Shown here: positions 12,140 to 25,729 of the stretch, one piece after another
Numbering within the stretch: the first letter of the stretch is position 1
How the letters are laid out: the number at the start of each line of letters is the position of its first letter
Assembly (NCBI GenBank): GCA_964016885.1
Contig: OZ024742.1
Span: forward strand, 150,474,001 to 150,538,000
DNA: 64,000 nucleotides
Direction of reading: 5' to 3'
Origin: Eledone cirrhosa
Lineage: Eukaryota
Notes under the pieces: generated by a model
The model's database searches: none
What the model was told of the DNA's origin: nothing
What the model saw: only the letters and a program-made list of their open reading frames with translations
Made by a program: the position numbers and the translations under genes

Positions 12140-13615
12140 AATTTCGTGAACGTGGGTGCAACTAGATCCCCTTATACTTGTTCTTCTGTCTGAACCATGT
12201 AAGTTTGTCATCTATATTTACATTTTTCAAGATTATTCGCTGATCCACATGAAGTGTATCTCTTTTTTCTTGGTTGTCCTGTGTAAGGGAGATGGTGGAA
12301 AGGATGACTTTGGCAACTATAGAGGAATAGTGTTGCTGTGAGTGGCTGGAAAAGTTTTGTGCAAGGTTATGCTTGACAGATTAATGTTACACATTGCTGA
12401 CGATGTTCTTTCGGGATCTCAATGTGGTTTTAGACGACTTCAGGAAAAGTGTGTAAAACAAGTGTTCGTTGACCTGACAAAGGCATAGTTAATAAGGAAG
12501 ACCATTCAAAAATTATTGGAATTTTGGATACCCGGACAAATTCTTGGCAGTCCTGCGCCAATTTCATAACTTGAAAGCCTGGAAGAATATTGGTGGAAAA
12601 ATATCAGAACCTATTGCTGTAAGGAATAGCGTCCAAAAGGACTGTGGCCATGTACAAGACGGCACCAGGAAAACCATACGTAGACATAAGTGTTGATGGT
12701 CAGAAATCCCAGGTATTGGACAGGTTTGTGTATCTCAGCATATCTTAAGTATACCATATATCCTTGACAATGAAATATTAAAAATCAGCAAAACTAGTGA
12801 TGCTTTCGGAACGTTAGAAAAAGTTACCATGGTCCTAGTGGAGCATCTCTGTTGATATTAAAGTTAAAGTCTACGTGATTTGTGTATTGTCATTTGTTTT
12901 GGACATTTGTGGAACGTGGGTTACTTACAGGAAGCGTGTGAAACAGATGGACTGCTCTCACCAGCAGTGACTTCGTCGAATCTTGGATTTATACTGAACG
13001 ATGTCTGTGAGTGATGTTGAGGTCCTTAAAAGAATTCACTATCAGAGTATCGAGTGACCATCTTGCATCACTGTCTCTGATGAGCAGGACATGTGGTAAG
13101 TTACCCAAGCAACTCCTTTATAAATAGACGAGGGATAGCAAACGTCTACCTCATAAACCTACAATGAGGTTAAAGACTGTGAAAACAGTTTTAATGAAAG
13201 CTGGCATCTCCCATGAAGACTGAGCATAAGCAGCCAATGATAGAATTCATTGGAGAGAAATTATATATGAAGGAAAGAAATTATTAAATATTAAAAGGGA
13301 TGTAAGGAAGAGGTTAAATGAGGCTTGAAAGTGGTACTGTCAGAAAATGTGTGAAACTACAGAGAGTTGGCATACAATGAGTGTGAGAGTGTCTGCTTCA
13401 GCAAAGTTGATTAAAATGTCACAAAAGAGCCATGTACAACGGAATGACGCAGATTACTTTGGTGCGTAACAACCTGTCATCAATGCGGTAAAATCTTCTA
13501 ATCAGCAGGATACTTGAAACGTAACCAGCCAACTATAATTTTGCCAAAGGCCATGTCTGTAACATCTGTGCCAGAGAATGTAGGACTCTTGTTGGCCTAA
13601 AAAATCACATACGTG
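12140..13615 (+). mobile_element. Degenerate RTE-clade LINE fragment (second copy, opposite strand)
   Basis: KGDGGKDDFGNYRGIVLL, SQCGFR and FVDLTKA motifs, plus a terminal C2H2-like CNICARECRTLVGLKNH. Confidence 0.75.
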
Positions 13616-13903
13616 CTATACATATACAGAAGCACTTTTAAAATTCAAGTGGCTGTTGTACTCGAGCGCGATGTAGCTGCCATTATACATATGTGTATAT
13701 GTGTATGTGTGTGTGTGTAAGTGTGTGTGTGTGTATACGTGTATATATGTGTTTATGTATGTATGTATGCATATGAATGTATATATACATACATAATACA
13801 TATATACATACACATGCATACATACATACATACATACATACATACATACATACATACATACATACATACATACATACATACATACATACATACATACATA
13901 CAT

Positions 13904-16815
13904 AGAAACGACATTGAAACGCTTAACATTTTGTTATATGTTTCAGCTGTTACATTGCTATCATATAACAAGCATCTAAAACCACGCAGTCAAGATACAA
14001 ACAAAAAGCCTGAACAGCGTGGATGCGAAATTTAAAAAGCAAACTTTTGTCCTTGAGACGAAATATCTCACATATCGCAGTCGTTATGAAATGCAACACA
14101 GAGAGCAACTTCACACGACACCAGGAAGACCTAAAAAAAGTTAGAGAGACGATTTGGAGATACAAAGTTTAAAACTTTAAACTCCAAATTACACCAGTTG
14201 AAACAGCAACTCACAGCTGCAACAGAAAGACTAAAATATAAGTCAACAGCACATAAACGACAAGTGCTAAATAGATTGTTTGCCAGAGATCCTAAATCAG
14301 TTTATCGCAGCTTCGGTGGCAAAAGCTTAATGACACCCCTTCAAAAGAACAGGTCGAGAGCTACTGGAGATATGTATGGGAAACGGATGACGGATTCAAC
14401 AGACAAACTAATTGGCTAAAAGAACTGGAACAGGACTACTGCCAACATGTCCAGACAAAACAATATGACATAGATGGGTCAATACTGGAAATAGCTCTAC
14501 AGAAAATGTCGAATAGGAAATCAGCAGGCCCAGACCTCATTACAGGATACTGGTTGAAGAATTTCACTTTCTATCGGCAAGATCTCATACGGCTGTTTAC
14601 AGAAACCATTAAAGGCACACAAGAACTGCCCAGATGGTTACTCTCCTCATTCCCCAAAATAGCCAAACCTCCCTTGCTAAAAATTACCGCCCAATAGCCT
14701 GCCAAAACATCATGTATAAATTATATACTGGGTGCCTTAATCTATTCTTCCAGGACCACTGTGCTACCAACAACATCATAACACCTGAGCAAGCTGGTGG
14801 AAAGAGGGAGGTGTGGGGTTGCATAGATCACCTACTAACTAATAAAATGATTCAAGAAAAAACATCAAAGAATCGCAGAAACATGACTGTGGTGGGGCTG
14901 GACTATTAAAAAGCATTTGATAGTGTACCTCATGGGTGGATTGTTAAGGCTTTACAGTTAGCCAAAGTTCAACAACCACTGACCACTGGTAGCTGCTGTT
15001 GAACGTCTGACTAAAAACTGGTACACCAATTTGATCCTTAGAGGTGAGAAGGAGCAAGTTAAGACTGATAAGATACATTACCAGAAGGGCATCTTTCAGG
15101 GTGATAGCTTGTCAGTGCTACTCTTCGTTCTCTCACTAAATCCACTATCTTACCTACTCAGGAAACAAGGTGGACAAAAAACTGGGTCCAGAAGTATCTC
15201 CCATCTTTTCTTTGTTGATGACCTGAAGTTGTATGGGCCAAATATCAATGACATCAAGAAACAATTGGACCTCATTACACAATTTTCAACAGATATCAAA
15301 ATGAAATTTGGTGAGTCCATGTGTGCATATTTGGCAGTAAAACATGGAAGAGCTGTGCCCTCCTCTAGACATCTGGAGATGAACGGCCTGATAATACAAC
15401 TTCTACAGTCAGGTGACAACTACAGATATCTTGGACAGGATGAGAATGTCAGATACGATGGACCCATAAATAAGGAGAGAACCAGAACTGAATACCTCAG
15501 AAGAGTAAAGAAAATATGGTCATCAGAACTGTCAGCGTACAACAAATACATTGCCCACAATACTTATGCTGTGCCAATTCTAACGCCAACATTTGGCCTG
15601 CTGAACTGGACATTGCAAGAACTAAGTGAGTTGGATGTTAGAACTCGCAAACTTCTCAGTGTTTCTGGGAACTTTAACATCAATGGTGATGTGGATAGGC
15701 TATATACTTCTCACACAAGGAAGGTGGCCGCATATTAACATCATATGAGACCCGGATAGTAACACTGAAGCAACATCTTCAACAGAGGAAAAAGGTTGGC
15801 AACCATCTTACCCAGGTCTATGAGCATGAAGAAAAAAATATCATTAGGATAGCCACTGATCTGGAGGAGAGATATGGAATAAAGCCTGATATAAATCTCT
15901 CACCCAGAGAAATCGGAAGATCCTATTCAATGTGCAAACAAGATGAAAAAATTGACCAATTTACAGAAAAAGTGATGCGTGGATACTTGAGACGTAAGAC
16001 ACAGACCATAGAGGGGATAAACCACTCAAAAAGCCTGGCATGGAGTTCCGACAAGTTTATGACATCACACCTTGAGGGATATCTCTATGCAATACAAGAA
16101 CAAGAACTGCCTACCAAATATCTGCTGCACAAAAGAGGAGGGCCATCAGCTGATAATAAATGTAGGCTATGTAAAACAAAGATCGAAGATGTAAGCCACA
16201 TTGTTGCCAGCCGCGAAAGAATGTCATCTTCCTACTACCTCCCCATGAGACACGATGGGATAGCTAGAACGATCTGGAACGCACTTCGGAAAACAAAATT
16301 AAAAACAAACGAGGAAGAATATATTGAGACAGATGGCACTAAGGAATACTGGTGGAACCTGAAAATAAAAACTGCCACCAAATTAAAGCACAACCGGCCT
16401 GATATTGTTGTTTGGGACCACACATTGAAAACGTGTTCTGTTGTGGAGATCAGCTGCCCACTTGATGTAAACGTTGTCAGAAAAATACAGGAGAAGGAGG
16501 ACATCTACGGACCATTGATGAGGAGTTTACAAATCCAGTATCCAAGATACACCTTTAGCTTCATACCCATCATTATTGGAGCTACGGGTTATTTACCAAC
16601 CCGCTTGGACCAAAGTATGACTGAACTTGGATTTGCGGACAAAGAGCGCAGCTCCCTAATTCATAGTCTACAAATGGCTGTGATAGCTGGCACCTTCAAA
16701 ATTTGCAAAACATTCTTGCGATTGAAGGGATGATAATTTCTTTTCTTTTACAACCTTGCCACCAGGAAGGTGGCCGGACAAAAATATACTCGAAATTAAG
16801 AGAAAGAGATAAACA
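13904..16815 (+). mobile_element. R4/Dong-clade RLE non-LTR retrotransposon, frameshifted pseudogene, probably 5'-truncated
   Basis: SNRKSAGPD, NYRPIAC, KGIFQGDSLS and HLFFVDDLKLYG (RT). Zinc knuckle CRLC..H....R with the last Cys lost. RHD motif and HNRPDIVVWD..VEISCP (RLE nuclease). (CATA)n on both sides. Confidence 0.9.
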
Positions 16816-16855
16816 TATATACATACATACATACATACATACATACATACATACA

Positions 16856-17437
16856 TGATGGCTGCCCCCTCGTTATCGAGTATGGCCATTGCACGATATA
16901 CCATTATTAATAATTATTAATTAATTCTATCATGCAATGCCTGTGCATGAAGATATTTTTTTAAATGAGGAAAGACTGTGCACTGAGCCAATCCCACTCT
17001 CTGAGCGACAGTAGCTATAACCCGAAAAGAAGAAAATATCAACATCATCGGTAACTACTGAGCCGCTGGTTTTATATCGGAGTTATCCCAGTTTCCTGAG
17101 TTGCCTTCTCCTAGAAGAATGCCCTGACAAAGGCTAGGGGTCCTTCACTCCCAGTGGTTTAACCGCGCGATCGATTGTCCAGCCCGATTATTTCTATGTC
17201 CCCGCGCATGTACATACACATGCACCCATGCATATACACATATACATATACATACATATGTACATGTGTATATACATATTTACACACTTTTGGATGGCCG
17301 TTGACTCTTGTGAGATCTTCCGCCCTTTGTCAGGTTTTGTTTTTTGTCCTGCAGGGTGTCCAAAATCACCCTCCTCACCAAGTAAACTTGGTGGGGTTGC
17401 CGGTTTAGTCGCCGACGACCCGACCATGCGACAGGTT
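16856..17437. repeat. Non-coding repeat family B, copy 2
   Basis: Direct near-identical copy of 9418-9995, embedded in (CATA)n on both sides. Confidence 0.85.
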
Positions 17438-18869
17438 GTACATACATACATACATACATACATACATACATACATACATACATACATACATACATACATA
17501 CATACATACACACAATAGTCGGGTTCGTTATGGAAAAAAAATATCAGGTGAGGAAAAATAGTTTAATGAAGATGGAATGTGTTTAGAAGATATCCGAAGG
17601 TAGTATTGTTTTTGCATTACGCCAATTTTTATCATCAATGATGATGCCCTTAGGACTGTGATGAGAAAATTTCAGGATAAGAAAACACTAAAAAGATATT
17701 CCATTGCCAGCTAATAGTACTAGAAATCAACCTTCTATTATAGTTATCTCATAAACCTCTATAATTAAGCTGCAAATTGAAATATATAAGCAAATTGGTG
17801 TTGGCGGAAAAAGAAACTGATATAAAATAAAAAAGAAACTCACTTGGAGAAAAACTGCTGACCGATTGCATACCAGAATTTGATCTACAAAATGTATATA
17901 GCCTTTTGGAAACTTTTCCTTTAGCATTTCTGTGAAAATAACATCACCACAGCACTTAGATAGAAAGTAGTTTGGGAAAGTCTGAGCAACTTCTAATTAA
18001 CAAAACTGTGATGTCAGAGATGAGGCAACATAGCAACAGGTTGCTTACAGTATAGCTGAAAGCATTTCATTCTGTTCCCTAATCGTGGATTAAAGTCACG
18101 ATGATCAGAACCAAAGATAACCTATCTTCATTCTTGATATCTATCATGAAATTAGATACAAGGAAAAACTCTCTTGTCGATGACGGAATACAGTTTCACA
18201 GGAAGAAATATTAGTGGCGCTGAAGGATGAAGAAGAAACAGAAAGATTCAGAGGGTGTGATAGAAATTTAGAACCTACGACTAAGTCCACACATTGCAGT
18301 TTGTTCAGAGATGTAGATTACGACATTTACAAATGGCTAAAAAACAAACAAAACTGAACTTGATTTGGATTTTGAAAATTTTAAGACATTCCGTTCACAT
18401 TTTAAATGTTGGCAGTTGCGAAAAAATTAATATATTGTTCAGAAGAGGTGGGAAAATAATGACAGTGATCCTGACTATCATCATCTACAAGTGAAGAGCA
18501 TCACCATCTACAGTATAAGGACATATTCTGACCCAAACATTGTCTCTTACTAGGACCATTTTCAAAAGATCTTCTTCATCAGAATTATGAAACAACGCCA
18601 GGGTCACAAACATGTATAAATGCCAATCCCAATGTGGAACACAGCGGGATCCAGTTTCAAAGCTACGCGATGGTGAAGCAAACTTCTTAACCTCACATCC
18701 AAGCCTCTACTCATTAACACATTTTCTTGAAATGGACAGACAATTTGGAAACATTTTGATTTTAATATTGCAAAATGCCGAAATTGTTGTAATCAAATAT
18801 AATATACATATAAAATATTGTAGTTCATCCACCAATTTTTCAAACTCACTTTTATATACATGTGAGTGA

Positions 18870-18990
<121 letters not shown>

Positions 18991-19139
18991 TAGAAAATAT
19001 CCGTAGGTGGAGAAAATATAAACAGTGCTCAATCAGGGATGAGAGCTGATATATTATATTATTTATTTAAGTTCATACACAGAACAAAAGCGATACCTAA
19101 GGTTTCATGGCCAAATAATGACCATATAGTACGCTGATC

Positions 19140-20790
19140 TCAGACCCATACCCCCACCCGATCTTCACTTGCTACTTGTGGCTTCCGACGCAGACATCAT
19201 GTCCGCCATCAAGTCCTTCCCAGCTAGCAGCAGCGGAGGTTCTGATGGTCTCCGACCAGGCCACCTCAAGGAGTTGTTATCCACCCTCTCCGCCGAGGCC
19301 GGCTGGGCGCCGCCTTCTGAGTGCAATTGTCTCACTCACCAATAAGCTTACCCATGGCGCCCTGGACCCTCACTCCGAGGCTTCTTTTTTTCGGCTAGCC
19401 TAACTGCTCTCAGGAAGAAAGAGGGTGGCATACGCCCCATCGCTGTGAGCAATATCTTCCGGAGGCTGGCTGCCAAGGTGGTCTGCAGGTCCATAACACG
19501 AACTGGGTGAGGAGTTCAGTCCGGTGCAACTGGGTGTCGGCGGCTGTGAGGGGGCTGCACATGCAACCAGGCAGTTCTTCAACAGCTTCCCACCGGAACC
19601 GGTATTCAGGGACTCCAGGAACCTCATTGTCAAGCTTGACATGAGGAATGCCTTTAACTGCTTACGCCGGGACCATCTGATCGATGCCTGCCTCAGCCGA
19701 GCCCCATCTTCCTACTCGCTGGCCTATCTGTCGCATGGAGCCCCGAACATGCTCCTTGCTGCTGATACGGTCATACCTTCGGCCACTGGGGTTCAACAAG
19801 GTGACCCTTTGGGCCCTCTCCTGTTTTCCCTTGGTCTAGACCACATCGCCTGGAGTATCACGGCCCCTCTCAACGTTTGGTATCTGGATGATTCTACGTT
19901 GGGCGGGCCCGTACAGATTGTCTGCCATAACCTACAATCGGTGGTTCCTGCCCTGGCGGGAATCGGCCCCCAGGTCAACTCGGCCAAGTCAGCCACAATG
20001 CTGAAAGCTTTGCAGTCTCCGTCTCGGACGTGCGGTCCATTCTCCACCAGGTACAGGTGACCCCCAAAGAGGATATCCTCATCCTCTGGTCACCGATCCA
20101 CTCGCCGGCCATCTGCTCCACCATCAAGTCCAGGCTTCAACAACTCCAGGCCCTCATGAGCCGACTGGGCTTGATCGACGGCCACCCAGCTCTCTTTCTG
20201 TTGAAGAACTACTTCACCATGCCGAAGCTCCTCTATACCCTTCGCAGCGGTCCGTGCTACACCCACGCATCTCTCCTCGCTGACCTCGATACTTATATCC
20301 GAGCAGCAGCCGAGGAGATATGCAACGTCAGGTTTGACGACATTGGATGGCAACAAGCCACTTTACCTGTCAGGTATGGCGGCCTTGGCCTCCGGTCCCC
20401 GATCTCACTGGCTTTGCCGGCGTTTCTTTCGTCGGTAACCTCATGCCGCGTCCTCGTCAGAAGGGGTCTCCAAAACACAACAGAACCCTCTGTGTTCAGA
20501 GAACGTGAGGCCGACTGTGAGACGTGGGACCGGCTGGGACTTAGCCCAGTAGACGTCCCTCCTCATTCTTCCCCTGCTGACGTCAAGTCTCCTCAAACCA
20601 CTTGGGATGCCATCCAGAGCAGCCTAGCTTCAGACAGGCTCACGCGCCAGCTCGACCAGCACCACCTTGCCTGTTTTCGTGCGGCCTCCAGGCACCACTG
20701 TGTATTTTCCAGCGCCTCTCCCTTGACATCCTCCGGGGAAACGCCTTCTCCATTCTGTCCGCCGGGGCTGTGGGGAGACAAGCCGATTAT
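19140..20790 (+). mobile_element. CRE-clade non-LTR retrotransposon fragment (RT; RLE region deleted)
   Basis: RPIAV, QLGVG.GCE, KLDMRNAFN, GVQQGDPLGPLLF, WYLDD and QATLPVRYGGLGLR motifs, then the C-terminal FQRLSLDILRGNA. GC-rich island in AT-rich surroundings. Confidence 0.8.
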
Positions 20791-20949
20791 ATTACGAATC
20801 GTGTTGAATAGTCCTTTTTATTGTGTAGTCACCTACTTTTATATAGTTGTGATAGAGTACAACCGCTCCATTCTCCCACTCCCTATTATAATTCCAATGT
20901 TTTGATACAGACAACATTCCTCTTCCCTTTTTCTATGACCATATCTCCA

Positions 20950-21550
20950 GATTGTAAGAGTAACTACACTGTGACCTAAAGGCGCTTAAACGAGAGCGCG
21001 TTAAAACGATAGTTTACGAAAAACGTATTGTAACAAAAGGAAATAACACAAATATGTAAATTTGAAATAGCCAAGGATTTGTACACGCGTAGTATTCGTG
21101 CACTATAGCAGATGTATGGTATTATGTGGTGGTTGTGACGGAGAGTAGAAGTGGTTTGGAGTGGGTATGGTCCAGAATGGAGTGGTGAGGTATAGAAGGT
21201 GTACTGTATTACATGTGGAAAAAGAAAGTGAAAAAGAAAAGATATTAAAAACGTATACAAATCAAATTAAGGAAGTTGAAAATCAGTTGAATTTGTTGAG
21301 TATTTCCACTTCGGAAGGAGTTGGCTTTTGAAACAGAGGCATTCTCTAAAAATGCTTTTCTTTGAGATTAAATAATTATTATTCAGAGATGACAAATCTT
21401 GCAATATTCTAAATTTCTCACTAAGGCAGAAACGACATCGCTTGGTACCATTTGTTTAAGGTCTGAATCTTTCAAGTGTCTTCGAAGTAATCTTATGTGG
21501 AACTCCTTTGTCTTTTAATTGCCAGACCTTTTTTGCCGGGGCCGTGCTGG
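20950..21550 (-). mobile_element. Penelope-like element 3' remnant
   Basis: Minus translation WQLKDKGVPHKIT...KRCRFCLSEKFRIL...LISKKSIF matches the C-terminal part of the GIY-YIG ORFs of the other PLE copies in this window. Confidence 0.6.
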
Positions 21551-23289
21551 TTCTTATATCAGGATTCCTGAAGGAGTGGAGATGCGAGTAAAAACGTTGT
21601 TTTAAACGCACTCACGGGAGCTGACCAACGCCATAAGTGACAGTGGATGACAAGTTCGGTAGAAGTATATATGCGTAAATATGTTTGTATGTTCATATTC
21701 AAACGTACACATGTAAATGCAAATTTACTTCTGTGTACATATAAAGTAGAAAGAGTGGGAAAGCTATGTAGGGAAACGGTGGTGAACATTATCGTTACCC
21801 TGTGTCATGTCGGTGGTATAGCTGTAAGAGATACTGCGGAACTTAGGATATGTTGTTATGGCTGTACAACCCCAAACGGCCGTACAACGACATATGGAGT
21901 CACTGCGTCCATAGAGGGGGATAGAGCTAGGAAATTATTAACGGAGAGGGATAAATGTTAGGAAACATTTAACACCGAAGGCGCTCTAGCACCGGTTAAG
22001 ATTATTTTATTCACAATTGTTATTACTGGACAGAAATAGGTCTTGAACCATTCTTTGAAAAGTAATGTTACCCTCGATTTTATACTTGTGTGCTAAATGA
22101 CATGGGCACTCTATAATTTTGAGTACGGTTTATAACCGTTTTGTCTTTTGTTTTTTGTTTTTAATCACCTTCAAAATTTCCACCCATTAAAATCATGATT
22201 CTGTCTTAGTACCTTATAAATACGAACCGTTTTTTTTTCTTCTTCTTCTGCGAGGAAAGTTTTTGGAAACATACACTTCGAAAATGAGGTAGTTTTTGTC
22301 AACATGAACTAGTTGCTTGTCATTATAGTTTCATTCTTCTACTATTTAAAAAAAAATTCTTGTATATTATTTATTTATTTATTTATTTATTTTGTAGTCT
22401 CTTGATCACCTTAAATTCTTACATTGTGCAATTCAGGGCGCTTCTTAAACCATCCAAATCAGTCCAGCCTGAGTTACTTATAAAATCATTTTCACCTACT
22501 GCTTTTCAAAATGGAGAAAAAGACTTAAAACATTTCTTTTAATAGCATACTAAATGAGTTTCTAATTGTAATTTTCGAACCATATCAGTAACAAAAATTC
22601 CAATTCAATCATCTTCTCATATCGATTTCGAGTAGATTGTCTAGCTGTTGAAGAGGAAATCAGCTGTTCATTTACTTATAATCATCAGCTTATCTTAAAA
22701 TGGCCTGTATTGTTACTTCGTTTATTTCAAAAAAGCATTCCTATTCTTACTTTCTTCCTCTGCATTCGTATCTATAATTATTTCAAGATACTTTTTTTTC
22801 TTATAGATATTTTTTTTTTTCTTATAAGTTATAAATTTTCGCTTTTTTTAAAGATAGACATTCTCACTTTTTATATATCTTTTATCCATTGTTATCTAAT
22901 GGGTAAAAATACGTTAACTTCAGAAAACTTGAAGAAAAAATATGTGATGAGTGTATGAGAGTGAAAAATAAGACAACAGTCCTTCAATGCTGCTGAAGAC
23001 TGGCAGAGATTTTGAGAGAAAATTTGCAAAGTGGAACAAGATTGTTTTCGGGACACGAGAATGAAGACGAATTTAATTCAAAATTCAAAAAGACTGAGAC
23101 GTTTTGGTTGGGTTAAACATAGCATATTCACTTGCTATTCCTACACCGCTAGCCGAACCTCCTCTTTCATGCGACCGGTTAACTTGATAAGAGAAATCCA
23201 CTACGTGTTAAATATAAACGGGTTACAATTTAGAAACCATGGTAACTCGAAAAATGAGCTAAACTGCATAATATTGTATCATATAATAA

Positions 23290-23770
23290 TTGTTTCTACT
23301 TTTGCATTACTGGTCCTTTATTTTATCGACCCCGTATGGATGAAAGACAAAGTTAACCTCGGCGGGATTTGAACTCAGATCGTAAAGGGGCGTAACTCTA
23401 TGCTACAAAGCATGGTGTCCGACCCTCTACCGATACTGCCAATCCACAATATAATAATACTGTATAATATACATTTTATACCATAATGATTTCAAATGCT
23501 GGCACAAAACCAACAATTTTGGAGGCAGGAGGAATTCGATTTGGCTGGTATTTTATTTTATCAATCCTAGAAGGAAGCAAAATTGACCTCGGCGGTATCC
23601 ACGTGTCATTTTGTCCATCGCACTCCCACCAGTCCACAGTCAGTCCACCGCTATAATGTAATATAAGATTATATAATTGTTTCTACAATAGGCACAAGGC
23701 CAGCAATTATCCCAGTGTATTACTGGTACTTTATTTTATCGACCCCCGTTAGGAAGAAAGGCAAAGTTAT
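23290..23770 (-). mobile_element. Cluster of three main-family SINE copies or fragments
   Basis: Reverse-complement SINE cores at about 23290-23447, 23490-23600 and 23676-23770. Confidence 0.75.
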
Positions 23771-24047
23771 TATATAAGATTATATAATATTACATAACAT
23801 GATATAATAGAATATAATAATGACATAGGCTGATTGCATATGTGGATACATATTCAGTTCGTGTAATGGATCAATTTATCGATAGCGAAGGTGACTTGGA
23901 ATTGGACAATCACATGAACCAAATATGCAGCCACACATCCATTCACCCAATCTCATTAGTATCCTATATATTTTTATTCTAAGTACACGATTGAACCTAC
24001 AATTAAAGCTGCCATTATATTCTCATATACCTACGTAATATATATTC

Positions 24048-24089
<42 letters not shown>

Positions 24090-24090
24090 A

Positions 24091-24168
24091 CAGGGTGTCC
24101 CAAAAAGTGTATACACGCTTCAACAGCATTCTAATAAATATGTGCATATATTTTTGGGGGAGACCCTG
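24091..24168. mobile_element. Tiny Tc1/mariner-type MITE
   Basis: TA|CAGGGTGTCCCAAAAA ... TTTTTGGGGGAGACCCTG imperfect TIRs, 78 bp in total. Confidence 0.5.
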
Positions 24169-24425
24169 GATATATATGTATATATTATAGAGAGGGAAAG
24201 AGAATGAATTATTTATACTTTATAAGACACACACACTTAACACACACACACATATACACACACATACACACACACACACACACACATACACACACACATA
24301 TACACCGAATACGAAAGTTTGTAATGAGAATGCTGAGAATTAAAGTGGAAGATATTGTATTTTGCATACTTGTTTCGGTTTCTCACCTTACAACCTCACT
24401 CTGTCTACCAACGCGCACGCGCACG

Positions 24426-24524
<99 letters not shown>

Positions 24525-24602
24525 ACACACACACACACATACACACACACACACACGTACACACGCACACATGCACACATACACACATACACCACACACA
24601 TA

Positions 24603-25489
24603 CGAGGTGGGTCAGAAAAGTTCCAGGACTGATGTCACAAAAGATTTATTTCAAACCCAAACTTCACACTAAGAGTTTTCTCCTTCAAGGTAATCCCCCT
24701 GGAGTCTAATGCACTTTTCCATCCTTTTCTGCCACGCTTGCATGCACCCCTGGAAGGATTCTTCCGGGATCCTCCGCAGTTCCGTCGTCACGGCCTTTTT
24801 GATGTCGTCCACGTCTTCAAAACGGGCCCCTCCGGGTCGTACTCGAAGATTCTTGACTCATCACCGGTGATGACTGTCCCTAGCAAGTCTGGTTCGGTTA
24901 AAAGACGTTCGAGGATGTCCTGGCACACTTGCATGCGTCGACCCTTCTGGTCATCGTTCAGTAGTTTTGGCACCATCTTCACGCAGAATTTCCGGATATC
25001 CAAATCTTCAGTGAGAATCTTCCAGACGCTGTCCCGATTCATGCCCAGCTCACTTGCCATCAGTTGAACAGTCAGCCGACGATCGCTACGCACCATCTGC
25101 CTGACGCGCTCAACGTTGACCTCAGTCCTGGTTGTTGAGGGCCTTCCGCTCCTGGGGTCACCTTCCACGTCCTCGCCTCCTTCTTTAAACCTCTTGCACC
25201 ACTCAAAAACACGTGAGCGTGACATCGTCTCATCTCCATACACTTGCTGCACCAATCCCAGTGCTTCTGGCGAAGTTTTCAAGTTTGTTCGTTGCTCTGT
25301 GTTCATTGTTTGACGACCTGAAACAGAGGACATGTATATAAAATTATGAAGAAAAATGTTTGATCGCTGCAGAGAGCTAATATTACAGTTACATACTCCA
25401 AGGGGATTACTGTGAAGGAGAAAACTCTTAGTGTGAAGTTTTGGTTTGAATTAAATCTTGTGACCCTGGAACTTTTCTGACCCACCTCG
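24603..25489 (-). mobile_element. Internally deleted mariner transposon
   Basis: TIRs CGAGGTGGGTCAGAAAAGTTCCAGG / CCTGGAACTTTTCTGACCCACCTCG with TA TSD. ORF 24788-25333 has HTH (SRSRVFEWCKRF..GRP), KMVPKLL and TGDES; the rest of the catalytic domain is deleted. Confidence 0.92.
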
Positions 25490-25578
25490 TACATACATAT
25501 ATACATACATAAATACATACATACAAACATATATATATATATATATATAATTATGTAATAAACAACACAATACAATTA

Positions 25579-25649
25579 TTCCATTTACCAAAGGTTTCAC
25601 GAAGACAGGCGACCTCAACCGAGGTGTCCGAAGTCGTTCATCAGAAAGG
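25579..25649 (-). ncRNA. Type I hammerhead ribozyme (pLTR-type, left arm of fold-back)
   Basis: Minus reads CCUUU-CUGAUGA-ACGA...UCGU-GAAA-CCUUUGG-UA-AAUGG. GUA site. Confidence 0.75.
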
Positions 25650-25656
25650 TTACATT

Positions 25657-25729
25657 TTCCTTTCTGATGAACGACTTCGGACACCTCGGATGTGGTCGCC
25701 TGTCTTCGTGAAACCTTTGGTTAATGGAA
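25657..25729 (+). ncRNA. Type I hammerhead ribozyme (right arm of fold-back)
   Basis: UUCCUUU-CUGAUGA-ACGA[long stem II]UCGU-GAAA-CCUUUGG-UU-AAUGGAA. GUU site. Confidence 0.75.

Noticed and set aside
21060-21115. Hammerhead at the 3' end of the 21-kb PLE remnant
   Set aside because: A stem II-like hairpin is present but both core segments are too mutated.
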